This document shows positions 11,628-22,852 of a stretch of DNA of 37,448 nucleotides, piece after piece. The first letter of the stretch is position 1. Every line of letters starts with the position of its first letter. Below the pieces are notes generated by a model. That model was not told the origin of the DNA and did no database searches. It saw nothing but the letters and a program-made list of their open reading frames with translations. Origin of the DNA: Octopus bimaculoides (Eukaryota); contig NC_068987.1 of the NCBI RefSeq assembly GCF_001194135.2, positions 95,491,082-95,528,529 on the forward strand. The letters are read 5' to 3'. Made by a program: the position numbers and the translations under genes.

Positions 11628-11924
11628 AAGGGACTCTTACTGACTAAGACTATATTATCCAGCATGTTCTTCCTTTTTTTAAGATAGTAACATGTTATTT
11701 CAAGGAGGTTTAGCTACTATATCTAGTGTTCCGTGCGAACGCACACGTTAGCTCAGCTGGTGATGTTGTTGATGGTGGTGATAGCTGTGTTGGTGGTGGT
11801 GGGTGGTGATAGTGGTGGTGATTGTAATCAACTTTCATATCTTTTTTTAAAATCTTATGTATTTAGTTCCGTAACCTATTAGTTCTTTAAGAGCATTCTT
11901 GAAAACGTTACGCTTTACATAGCT

Positions 11925-12154
11925 GTTACATACATGCATACATACATACATGATTTCATACATACATACATACATACATACATACATACATGCATGCATA
12001 CATGCATACATACATGCATACATACATACATACATATATACATACGTACATACATACATATGTACGTACAAACGTACATACATACATATGTACGTACGTA
12101 CATACATACATCCATACATCCATACGTAATACATACATACATACATACATACAT
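11925..12154. repeat. (ATAC)n tetranucleotide microsatellite
   Basis: Read directly; source of the MYVC/HTYI ORFs. Confidence 0.95.
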
Positions 12155-12155
12155 A

Positions 12156-13155
12156 GGAAAGAGATCAGTAATTACCGTTCCCAGGTTTGCAATCATGAAA
12201 CCAACAACATAATTAGGATAGCTAATGATTTGGAAATAAGAGCTGATACAGATCTCCCTCAAAGAAACATCGGTAAATTCTATTTACCAAAAGAACAAAA
12301 TAAAATTCAAATGGACCAATTCACTGGGAAGTTGGTGCGTGCGTACTTGACACGACAAGCACAAACCGTAGAAGGAATTAATCATTTCAAAAGATTGGTA
12401 TGAAGTACCGACAAGTTTATAACCTCCCACTTCGAAAGATACCCATGCAATTCAAAAACAAGAGGTCCCCACGAAGTACCTACAGCATGAAAGGCAGAAA
12501 TCGTTGACAGACAACAAATGTAGGCTGTGAAAAAACAGAATTGAAGACATCAAACCCATTATTGCCAATTGCATGAGAATGTCTTCCAGATATTATTTCC
12601 CCATGAGGCATGATACAGTAGCTAGAACAGTTTGGAACAGGATAACAAGAACGAAAACACTGACAGACGAAGTTGACCATATTGAGACCGATGAGTCAAA
12701 AGAATACTGAAAGAACTTAAAAATTAAAGTAGCCACTAAGTTAAAAGACAACAGACTAGATATCGTGTGGGATCACAAGGAAAAAATATGTTGTGGAAAT
12801 CAGCTGCCCTCTGATATCAATGTGCTCAGAGAGATACAAGAGAAAAGTACGTCGATGGACCATTGATAAGAAGTTTGTAAATTCAGTACCCAAGATATAC
12901 TTTCAGTTGCATATCTGTTATCATTGGAGCAACAAGATAGGTATCACGCCGTCTGGAGCAAAGCATGGCTGAATTTGGGTTCTTAGGAAGAGAACGAAAC
13001 TCTTTAATTCATATAATTCATACTCTACAAATTATCACGATATCTGGGACTATGAAAATCTACAAGGCCTTCTTAAAATTTAATGAATGATGAACAAAAC
13101 AAGACACTTTCCTTCACAACATTGCTACCAAGCAGAGAAAGAGTAATTCTAAATT
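12156..13155 (+). mobile_element. Decayed 3' half of an R4/Dong-type non-LTR retrotransposon (zinc knuckle plus restriction-like endonuclease)
   Basis: Hand translation gives AIQKQEVPTKYL, DNKCRL*KNRIEDI..II.NC..MSSRYY.PMRHDTVA (decayed CCHC knuckle) and DNRLDIV.WDHKEKIC (decayed PD..D RLE motif), with many stops and frameshifts. Confidence 0.8.
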
Positions 13156-13171
13156 AGATGCATACATACAT

Positions 13172-13490
13172 CGAAAGCTAATTCGAAGATTACAGATCCA
13201 AGCCATCACTGGAATTGTAAAAGTTTGTAAAACTTTCCAGTTTATCATTTAAATATACATGATCATGTCTAGATATGCAACTATATGCATGAGAATACAT
13301 ACATAAAATATACAAATCTGCACATACATACATACATACATACATACATACATACATACATACATGTACTGTTGTTGATGTTGAAATACACTGTTGTTGA
13401 TGTTGAAATTCCAAGGAAAGAGCCATGGATCTGGGTTAAAAACCGGCTCTTTCTCTATTGGCAAGAAATCTTGAAATAAAACTGAATAAT
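13172..13490 (+). mobile_element. 3' terminal fragment of an R4/Dong-type LINE: last codons plus 3' UTR containing (ACAT)n
   Basis: KLIRRLQIQAITGIVKVCKTFQFII* parallels the end of the neighbouring fragments (IQS.NRTVKICKT). Ends in GAATAAT. Confidence 0.6.
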
Positions 13491-13889
13491 GGCATACATA
13501 ATAGACCTGACATAATGATTTGTGATAGAGAAGAGAAACTGTGTACAGTTGTGGGAATCGGCTGCCCAGCGAATGTTAACATAAAAAGCTAAAGCTGAAG
13601 ATCAGTGAAAAAGAGAATACGTACGCTGAACTATTGAGAAATCTGCAGTTACTCTATCCAAGTTAGCTACCCTGCAAACGTAAATATCTCTTCTAAAAAT
13701 AGCGGGAATGAGAATATTGATGGACGAATGCTTCGAGACCTGCTGCTCAAATTCACATTGATACCAATAATCATTGGCACACTTGGTTATGTTAGTAAGA
13801 GACAATCTAGAAAAGTTAAGATTTTCAGATAAGGAAAGAGACCTTCACCGATACAATCTGTAAATCGAACAGTAAAAATATGCAAGACT
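13491..13889 (+). mobile_element. R4/Dong-type RLE-domain fragment
   Basis: HNRPDIMICDREEKLCTVVGIGCPANVNI...KISEKENTYAELLRNLQLLYP...KFTLIPIIIGTLGYV, the RPD..D/E endonuclease region. Confidence 0.75.
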
Positions 13890-13998
13890 CGGCATTTATC
13901 GTCGTTGTTATCCGAATTCTAGTGATAGAGCTTTTGTGTCTTTGTTAGAAAGCAGCTCCTTTCTTCAGAGAAGGGCTCTAATAAACACACACACGCAC

Positions 13999-14041
<43 letters not shown>

Positions 14042-14450
14042 TCTGAGGAACACGAACAAGGTTGACCTGGGGCTAAACAGCTGCTGCAATAGCAATGACA
14101 TAAATGATAACGCTGCTTACAGCTATAGACTTAATCCATTACAGGATACCTTTCCTTAAGCAAGTAAACTTTCTATCGATTTGTGTAGCTGAAGTCTCAG
14201 CAAAGGTGTTTATAGCACCATGCATAACGCTAGTTGTTCATGCTTTCAAGACAAAACTTGTCAAAAAGCTGCCTTACTAAGGGGAGTTCTCTTATTTTGG
14301 AAATAATCATATAAAAGAAAAACACAGCATAAAATAAATACAAACAGTTTAGGTAGTGTTTACATTCAATAATATCCAACATAAATTTATTTAGAAAATT
14401 ACTGCTTCATTGATAACTTCAAACAGGAGAACGTACGCAGTCTTGGCAAA

Positions 14451-14476
14451 GCGGAAGAGGAAGTGACGTCAATTGG
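14451..14476. promoter_or_regulatory. Candidate promoter: tandem ETS sites overlapping a full CRE, plus inverted CCAAT
   Basis: GCGGAAG (14451-57), AGGAAGT (14458-64), TGACGTCA (14464-71) and ATTGG (14472-76) are contiguous in non-repetitive DNA. Confidence 0.45.
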
Positions 14477-16072
14477 TTGTAAACAGCAGAATAAAATATA
14501 ATTACAACACTTGGATGGGAAATAAACATAGCAACTAGAATGTCTTTAGAAGTTTTAATTAAAACACACATCTTAACGTTAGGTACATTACTTAGTCTGA
14601 TCCTAGACTCGTGCGTTTCTTTGATGTTTTCCAATCTCTGAGATGTATTAAAATTGTTAAACGGTTCATAGAGTTTTCTTAAATCTGTTCATGCTCGTAA
14701 AGAATTGTAGGTCAAATTAAAGACTATGCAGTATCCATTTTGATAAAATCAAGTTAGCTAGATATCGATAATATAATATTGATTTCTAGAAGAAATACAA
14801 GGCCTAAAGTCATGCGGAATAAGTATAGTTGATTAAATATGCCCTAGTACAAGTCTGGTATTATATTTTATCGCACTCGGAACGATGCACAGCGATGTAG
14901 TCAGCTACAGCATGCTATTTTGTCCGATGTTTTGAAGATTCCGCCATTTCCTCGACAACTAGCTATCGATCATATAAAACGGACCGGTAGATTTTTAGAA
15001 TCATTTGGTATTAGTTTCTAGATTTAATGTCCTTGACTTCAAATGCCACCAAGATTAATTTGCTTTTATTTTTCCCGGGATTGATAAAGTACCAGTCATG
15101 TACTTAGGGCGATTAAACCGACTATACCTTATTCTAAAAAATTATTATTTTGTTCCAATGTCAGAATATGGAATTAAACAAGACGATGGGGAAGTTAACT
15201 GAACTATGGATTAACGTACTACCCATACTGAAATCTTAGTTAATTTCTAGTCGAGGTTGTTTGACATCACATATAAACTTGAGACTGAAATGCAATCTCA
15301 TTTTCGCCATTCTTAGAGTGGTCAAATTCATTCCAGTATTTAGAACCTTTCTGTTACTTTTCGAGTTCAATTATTGATGGTGTCAACTCAGGATCATTAA
15401 AGCATAGGACAAAATATCTGTGGTATTTAACAACAGCCATTTCTATACACTGTTCCATTCCCAAAGAGGTCAACTTTGCCTTTGAAATTTCCGGGGTCGA
15501 TAAAATAAAGAACCAATCAAGTATTCCGGTCGATTTAGCACTCCTATAAAGACATGAAAGGAATTTTAGTAAAAGAGAAAGAAGATTATATAATATTCCT
15601 TCCTTTTGAGTCTGCAGCTGTGCGTCAGTGTAAGAAATCTAATATGGCGGGAGTTGAAAGTGGGGCAACGGAGTAATAGACACAGCGGAATCACCAAACC
15701 CAAATGTTTTGCAGTGATTATTTGCAATACTCAGCATTGTGAGTTCAAGTTTCGTCGATGTGGATATTATTAAGTTTCATCATTGTGGGAAGTGAAATCG
15801 TTACAGTGGGTGCCAATAAAACACTATATTCGATTAAAACGATTGTGTACCCACATGTTCAAAATTCGTGGTTCTCTGCTACAGTCAGCAATTATTATTT
15901 TGGACGTGAGAAGCGAGCAGTTATACGAAATCGATCCAGATATATCAATGTTTTTTTCAATATGCAGTGACTTCCTTGCGTTGATGCGTTGTACTGTAAT
16001 TATTATTGTTGTTGTTGTTGTTGTCGTCGTCATTGTTGTTATTACTGGTATCGTTATTGTTAGTATAGTTGC

Positions 16073-16747
16073 AAGGCAGCGAGCTGGTAGAATCGTTAGC
16101 ACGCCGGGCGAAACGTATTACCGCTACGTTCTGAGTTCAAATTCCACCGAGGTCGACTTTACCTTTCATCCTTTCGGGGGCGATTAAATAAGTACCAGTT
16201 ACGCACTGGGGCCAATGCAATCGGCTAAATCCCTTCTCCCAAATTTGAGGCCTTGTGCTTCCAGTAGAAAGAATTATTGGTATAGTTGCTGTTAAGGCAG
16301 CGAACTGGCAGAACCGTTAGCACACCGGACAAAATGCTTAGCGGTATTTCGACCATCTTTACGTTCCGAGTTCAAATTCCGTCGAGGTAGACTTTACCTT
16401 TCATCCTTTCAGGATCGATAAAATAAGTACTAGTCACGTGCTGGGTTCTGTAAAAATCCACTACTCCTCCCCCTCTCAAATTTCAGGCTTTGTGCCTATA
16501 GCAGAAAGGATTATTATTGGCTGAATCATTACCATGCCGGAAAAAATGCTTTGTGGCTTTACTTTTGACTCATTACATTCTGAGATCAAATTCCACCGGT
16601 ATCGACTTAGCTTTTCATCCCCTTGGGGGAGTCGATAAAATAGGTAGCGGTTGAAAACTGGGGGTCGATGTCATCAACTTAGCCCCTCCCACAACAATTT
16701 CTCGCAGAAGTCCTGAAATCTGTGCCTATATTAAAAAATGACTATTA
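16073..16747 (+). mobile_element. Three head-to-tail family A SINEs (16073-16277, 16293-16518, 16519-16747)
   Basis: Each has a GAG(T/A)TCAAATTCC B-box, TTTCATCC...GTCGAT/GCGAT body and ATTATT-type tail. Confidence 0.85.
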
Positions 16748-17027
16748 TGGCTGTCGATATTGTTAATCTCGTTGTTGTTCATTCATCATCTGAGGCGCCA
16801 GAGTTGTCTTTAGATCCGTTGGATCATGAATCTCTCTACATGGGACCTCTTCCGAAGTAAAGGAATAAGAAGCAGAAGTATTAGAAGAAAAAGAAGAAAG
16901 ATATTAAGGAAAAGAGAGAAGGAAACAAAGTCAGGAAAGGAACAACGAGTGAAAAAATTTGTCTGAGCTCCTGACACAATGGAGTTCGTTCGTAAAATTT
17001 CGAACGACGGGTGGGAATGACACGCAT

Positions 17028-17063
<36 letters not shown>

Positions 17064-17165
17064 ATAGAGTGAGAGAGAAGAAATTTAAAAGGAAGTAGAC
17101 AGAAGCGGAAATTCGCGTTTGTGTGTAACAAGTGTTGCCGTGTCTCTTGTGAAGATGAAACGGTA

Positions 17166-17215
17166 ATGGCGGAAGGTGGAACAAACGCCAACACCACCCA
17201 CCCCAGCAAAATATT
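17166..17215 (+). CDS. Tentative first coding exon, MAEGGTNANTTHPSKI
   Basis: GTAATGGCG start context and GTGAGG donor at 17216. No homology recognised and no compatible next exon identified. Confidence 0.2.
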
Positions 17216-17488
17216 GTGAGGATTAGTAAATATGAAAAACAGGATTATTCCAATTTGAGATTTTAAAGGAGAGAAATCCTGATGAAATACTTCCTGCAAA
17301 AGAGAGTCAAGAGAAAGATTACACACACACACACACACATCAATGTTTGCTTTTATGTCAAGTTATAATAAAAACAATTTAACATAAAACTGAAGATTAA
17401 CTCGATATTTTTTGTGGAGTTCAAAGTTATACTTTTACAAGGAGTGGAGAGTGACTTCGAAGTTTCGGCCCGGTAGCCTTCATTTGAC

Positions 17489-18096
17489 NNNNNNNNNNNN
17501 NNNNNNNNNNNNNNNNNNNNNNNNNNNNNNNNNNNNNNNNNNNNNNNNNNNNNNNNNNNNNNNNNNNNNNNNNNNNNNNNNNNNNNNNNNNNNNNNNNNN
17601 NNNNNNNNNNNNNNNNNNNNNNNNNNNNNNNNNNNNNNNNNNNNNNNNNNNNNNNNNNNNNNNNNNNNNNNNNNNNNNNNNNNNNNNNNNNNNNNNNNNN
17701 NNNNNNNNNNNNNNNNNNNNNNNNNNNNNNNNNNNNNNNNNNNNNNNNNNNNNNNNNNNNNNNNNNNNNNNNNNNNNNNNNNNNNNNNNNNNNNNNNNNN
17801 NNNNNNNNNNNNNNNNNNNNNNNNNNNNNNNNNNNNNNNNNNNNNNNNNNNNNNNNNNNNNNNNNNNNNNNNNNNNNNNNNNNNNNNNNNNNNNNNNNNN
17901 NNNNNNNNNNNNNNNNNNNNNNNNNNNNNNNNNNNNNNNNNNNNNNNNNNNNNNNNNNNNNNNNNNNNNNNNNNNNNNNNNNNNNNNNNNNNNNNNNNNN
18001 NNNNNNNNNNNNNNNNNNNNNNNNNNNNNNNNNNNNNNNNNNNNNNNNNNNNNNNNNNNNNNNNNNNNNNNNNNNNNNNNNNNNNNNNNNNNNNNN
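17489..18096. other. Largest assembly gap. Other gaps near 2263, 5805-6151, 7938-8126, 24382-24678, 26504-26705, 27582-27963, 28682-28820, 31450-31510, 31988 and 33663
   Basis: Runs of N in the sequence. Confidence 0.95.
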
Positions 18097-18103
18097 TCAT
18101 CAA

Positions 18104-18322
18104 GATATTCTTTTCTACTCTAGGTACAAGGCTCGCAATTTTGGGGAAGGAGCCAGTCGATTAGATCGACTCCAGTACGCAACTGGTACTTAATTTATCA
18201 ACCCCGAAAGGATGAAAGGCAAAGTCGACCTCGGCGGAATTCGAACTCAGAACGTAAAGACAGACGAAATACCGCTAAGCATTTCGCCGGGCGTGCTAAC
18301 GTTTCTGCCGGCTCGTTGCCTT
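18104..18322 (-). mobile_element. Full-length, well-preserved family A SINE
   Basis: Reverse complement reads AAGGCAACGAGCCGGCAGAAACGTTAGCACGCCCGGCGAAATGCTTAGCGG...GAGTTCGAATTCCGCCGAGGTCGACTTTGCCTTTCATCCTTTCGGGG. Confidence 0.9.
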
Positions 18323-18597
18323 GGTTTCATCAAGTGAAAGGCGTTATGACGGGAGATTGTATATTGTCTCTGGTTAGAAAGGATGAAAGCATTCACAAAA
18401 GAAAACGTTATCTTCAAAACATGTTTTGATTTTAAATTGTAATCGTTTTCATATTTTCTCAGTTTCCCATTATTATATTCGCTATATGTATTTATTTGGA
18501 AAATTTTGAACAAAATAAATGTAAAATTAGTTTTTCGATTGTTTTTATTTGTCAAATGCATTAATTTGAAAAAAAAAATTAAATAAATTAAGCACAC

Positions 18598-19118
18598 ACA
18601 TGGCTATGAGGTCAAGAAGCTCGCTTTGTAACCACGTAGTTTCGGGTTCAGTTCCATTGTGTGACCACGAGTCACTGATCTTGCAACAAACAAAGTAGCG
18701 AGTTAGAGAATCTCTGACAGAGATGAAAGCAGTAACTATACTGAGAAGAACTGTTTATCGTCACTTCAATATGGCTGTTCGGGAGAAACTGACGTTACCT
18801 TGCTTGTTGCAAGATCAGTGACTGGCTGTCACATATTTTTCTATATATTGCGGGCTGGGGCGGATTAATGCTATTTCTTGTGGACGGAAGAATCTCCTCT
18901 TCAAATTAAAAATGGTAGTAACATCTATTCTTACAGAAGAGCCATATTGAAGTGGCGATAAACAGCGCTTCACGGTACAGTTACTACTTTCACGTCTATA
19001 AGAGATTTTCTAACTAGCTGCTTTGCTTGTTGCAAGATCAGTGGATGGTTGTCACACAATGGGACCGAACCCGAAAATGTGTGGTTACAAAGCGAGTTTC
19101 TTAACCTCACAGACATGT
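18598..19118. repeat. Imperfect inverted repeat (foldback): 201-bp arms at 18598-18798 and 18918-19118, 119-bp spacer
   Basis: Manual ungapped alignment gave about 36 mismatches in 201 (about 82% identity). The outer part of each arm is a family D-like SINE head. Confidence 0.9.
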
Positions 19119-19189
19119 CTGTGTATATGTGTATGTATATAAAATTTTGTCGTTTCTTTTTCAAAATATCCTTCCACAGGGCATGAAAT

Positions 19190-19445
19190 CAAACACTACT
19201 AACACAATTACTACCACTATTGCTACTGCTGCTGCTGTTGCCGTCACCACAACGACGACGACGACGACGATGACCACCACCACCACCACCACCACCACTA
19301 ACACTACTACTACTACTACTACCATCACTACTACTACTACTACTACTACTAATTAATGTGTCCAGCATCAACTGCTGCGACGAGGAAGACGTCATCGACG
19401 ATGACAACAAGGAGGACATCGTCGACGGCACTGATGATGATGATA

Positions 19446-19501
<56 letters not shown>
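19190..19501. repeat. Compound trinucleotide tract (GCT, ACG, ACC, ACT, GAT)
   Basis: Read directly from the sequence. Confidence 0.9.
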
Positions 19502-19502
<1 letters not shown>

Positions 19503-20558
19503 GTGAGAAAGAGGCGCTGATGGTGAGGCGAAGGAGGAAGAATATGACAACGACGTCTGCTGATGAATGAATGGTAACTACGCAGCTGTTAAGTAGAAGG
19601 AAACGGAAGAAAAAGACCTGAGTGGTACGTTTGGAGAGGAGACACACGGTTGCGGTGGACAGGATTATTATATTTGGGGTGGGGGGAGACACAATTGGGC
19701 TGTTTGGAGTGGTATATTTTGGGGAGGGCTATGTGTAGGGTGAGTGGACACTGATTAGTATATTTGGAGAGAGGTCATTTGTGTGTGTGGTGTATGTGAT
19801 GTGTGTATGATTGTGTGTGTGTGTGTGTGTGTGTTTCTGCGTGCGTATATGTGTACGAGTTTGTGTGTACACACTTAAATGTCATAGGAAGAAAGCACTC
19901 AATACATGGGGTGCAGTTTATTGTTTATTTTATTTGAATAGTTGTCCTCGCTACTCGAGTTTCAAGCTGATGCGATACTCAAGCAAAAGTTCTCAAGTGG
20001 AAATCCTAGGGGAGCACAGCGTTACTCAAGTCATGAGAAAAAGAATTTAGGGATATTGTTAAATCGGTTCACAGAATTTGCATTTTTAAAAAAATCTGAA
20101 AATCGGTTATATTGATGTAGTTTTCCACTCTTGTTGCTGTGGACCCATGATCTTGTAGAGAAAAATTTGAGGAAAAAGTTACAACGGTTTAAAAATCGAA
20201 AACAACTGTGTAGTTTTAGCTAATAGTGAGACAGAAATTTTCTGCGTTGTAGCTGTGTCAACTTTAAGGTTACACCCTGTGAAATTTATAGTTTATCGTC
20301 TGTGAAATGACTTATTACCTAATAAAGTCAACATGTATCATCTTACTGTTTCTTTTGTCTCTTCATTGAGTTCTATAGTGTTTTGTACGTTTTTATTATT
20401 TTTTTAATTTGTTATATTAACATATTTGTCTGCATGTGTTAACTTTATGCGTTTTTCAGTATAATGTATATCTGTTATGTATTTGTGTACATCATTAATA
20501 TAAAAGTGCATGTGGATGTATGTACTCATATATAAGTTTATATGTACATTTATGCATT

Positions 20559-20597
<39 letters not shown>

Positions 20598-21020
20598 GAA
20601 AAGAAAGCGTCTGTCGCCAAAACTCCAAAGTTGAGTAACGTTTTCATGCTTGGAATCCAACGTATTTATTTTTTTTTTTCGTGAATGGATCTGATTTTTA
20701 ATTCATTAAAGTACTGATGACGTCTTATTTTTCTGGTGGTCAAGTCTGCCGTTCTGCCTGGTTTTTTTCCCTGTGGGGAACGATCATCAGCCGTTCCAGT
20801 TGGTTGATTCTTTTAAACGGTCATTTTGTTGTATTTACTGCAGTTCGGTTTTGATCGGAGGTAAAATTTCATTGGTCTAGAGTTAGGTGACGTCAGCAAC
20901 TGATGTTTGCATGGTGTTATTGTATGGTGATTTGGAGTTGCGGTTTCGAAACTCACGTGGAAGACTGTTATTAAAGTATTTTGAATTATAACTGCTGTAT
21001 CTGGTTGTTGTTTTTTTTTT

Positions 21021-22852
21021 GAGACAGAACAGAGAAAATTTTATAACCAAATAGATAGTGGAGAACGAAGTACTGAAGATGAGAAACGTGCTGCAGAAGA
21101 AGCTAGGAAGTTCGTGAATAATATTTTGAATAAGCCAGTCAGTCATAATGGAAATGCAATATGGTTAAAGAAAGTGAGGGAAGAAATAGCGAATGAGAAG
21201 CAACCAGATCTAAGACTAACTAGTGCATTAATGAGTAAGTATTAGGAAAAATTCTGAATTCAAGGGTAATGGCTAAAAAAATTTAGTAGTTTTCATGGGA
21301 GGCTGGGGGAACAACTTCAGGATTACCGTAATGGAGGAATAATTCCAGATTGGATGACTAGAGGGAGGACAACACTCATTATAAAAGATATGAGCAAGGG
21401 TAATACAGCTAACAACTATAGACCAATCACTTGCTTACCATTTACGAGCACCTTGACAACCAGAATTTACTGCCAGAAGAACAGATAGGTGGCAGGAAGA
21501 AGGCTAGAGGAACGCATGATCTATTATATATAGACAAAGCAGTTCTAAATGAAGTAAAAGCTAGAAAGAAAAACATAACAATAGCATGGATAGATTATAG
21601 GAAAGCCTATGACATGATCCCACACTCATGGATAAGTGAATGTTTGAGTATATTCAGTATAGCAGACAACATAAGAGAATTAATTAGCTTTAGCATGAAA
21701 AAATGGAAAGTCGATCTCTACTCAGGTGACACTATCTTAGGGAAAGTTAATATCAAAAGAGGACTTTTCCAGGCGTACTCGTTGTCCTTTTTAATATTTG
21801 TCTTATGCTTGATCCTCCTCAGTTTAGTATTAAGAAAGACAAATGCAGGGTGTCAGTTCAAAAATAGTAAGGAGAAAATTAACCATTTACTCTACGTGGA
21901 TGATCTCAAGCTTTTTAGTAAGAATGAAAAAGACATAGATTCCTTAATACAGACTGTAAGACTCTTCAGCAAAGATATAGGCATGGAATTTGGCATAGAT
22001 AAGTGTTCAATATTAGCCATGAGAAGGGGACAGGTAGTCAACAGCGAAAGCAGCCAACTACCAGATGGCCTGAAATTAAAATTATTGAAAGAAGGAGAGA
22101 AATGTAAGAATCTAGGAGTATTAGAATCTGACAGAGTACTAACTACAGAGATGAAAATTGAGGAGTACATTAGAAGGGTGAGGAAGCTAATGAAATCAAA
22201 GTTAAATTATTCGAATCTAGTGAAAGCTGTAAATACTTGGGCAGTATCATTACTTAGATACTCAGCAGCTTTTGTAGATTGGACAAAAACTGAATTAGCA
22301 AAGCTAGACAGAAGAACTAGGGAGGAATTCAATATGAATGGAGGACTCCACTCAAGGGCAGGAGTAGCAAGATTATATTTACCTAGAAAGAAAGGCGGAA
22401 GACAGTTAATATCAGTAGAAGACGACTGCGTGGAGTTAGCTAGAGTAGATATAAATTCCTATGTAGGTAATAGTGAAGAAAGTTTATTAAAAGCTGCTAG
22501 AGTCACAGCAAGACATAGGGAAACCAAAAACCCAAACGAAATTAAAAACCAGAAAAAAGAACAGAAATAATTTTACTGGCAGGAGAAGGCGTTGCATGGT
22601 AGATTCCCAAAGATTGTTGCACAAACAGTAGTAGTGAGACATGGCTATGATTGTAGACAGATCTGAACAGATGGATAGAGGAAATAGGCATAAAACCCAG
22701 TTTAGTACAGCTCCAGAAAACTGTTATTAGGGACAGCTAGGACACCAAGGTGGGTTCTTGACATCTAACGTTACTTGTTTTAGCCTGATGTTAGGAGTTT
22801 CTCTTTTCCAACAGTCTAATGTGTTGTGTATATATGAAAAAATAATAATAAT
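21021..22852 (+). mobile_element. 5'-truncated, internally deleted R4/Dong-clade LINE with RT domain and (TAA)n tail
   Basis: Upstream IPDWMTRGRTTLIIKDMSKGNTANNYRPITCL, then the RT ORF, then IGIKPSLVQLQKTV..GTAR..RWVLDI* C-terminus, 3' UTR and AATAATAATAAT at 22841-22852. Confidence 0.9.
21431..22570 (+). pseudogene. Degenerate reverse transcriptase of the R4/Dong-type LINE
   Basis: Motifs AWIDYRKAYDMIPHSWI, RGLFQAYSLS (usual QGDSLSP altered), HLLYVDDLKLF and IGMEFGIDKC. The frame is broken upstream near 21435 and by a premature stop at 22570. Confidence 0.9.

Noticed and set aside
13950-13972. Minus-strand CTGAAGA followed by an AAAG/CTTT stem as a hammerhead
   Set aside because: No GAAA half-core follows the stem.
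15758-15970. ORF with signal-peptide-like start and REKR furin-like site
   Set aside because: Its start overlaps a decayed family A SINE relic (about 15640-15790), and there is no splice or homology support.
16810-17184. Minus ORF with a transmembrane-like FLLFLLILLLLIPLL stretch
   Set aside because: It is the reverse complement of an A/G-rich low-complexity tract joined to (CA)n.
19358-19570. Asp-rich ORF resembling an acidic secreted protein
   Set aside because: It is mostly a (GAT)n tract, has a GTG start with an upstream in-frame stop, and has no matching splice signals.
19676-19740. G-run cluster as a G-quadruplex
   Set aside because: Four runs require loops of 10 and 21 nt, a weak non-canonical candidate.
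3267-20281. TACAGGGTG at 3267, CACCCTGT at 20273-80 and a Tigger-like start near 7285 as DNA-transposon ends
   Set aside because: Only one terminus is visible in each case, with no matching TIR or TSD.
21431-22570. An intact, active reverse transcriptase or novel RT system
   Set aside because: It is an ordinary LINE RT with a broken upstream frame, an altered QGD motif, a premature stop and an internal deletion.
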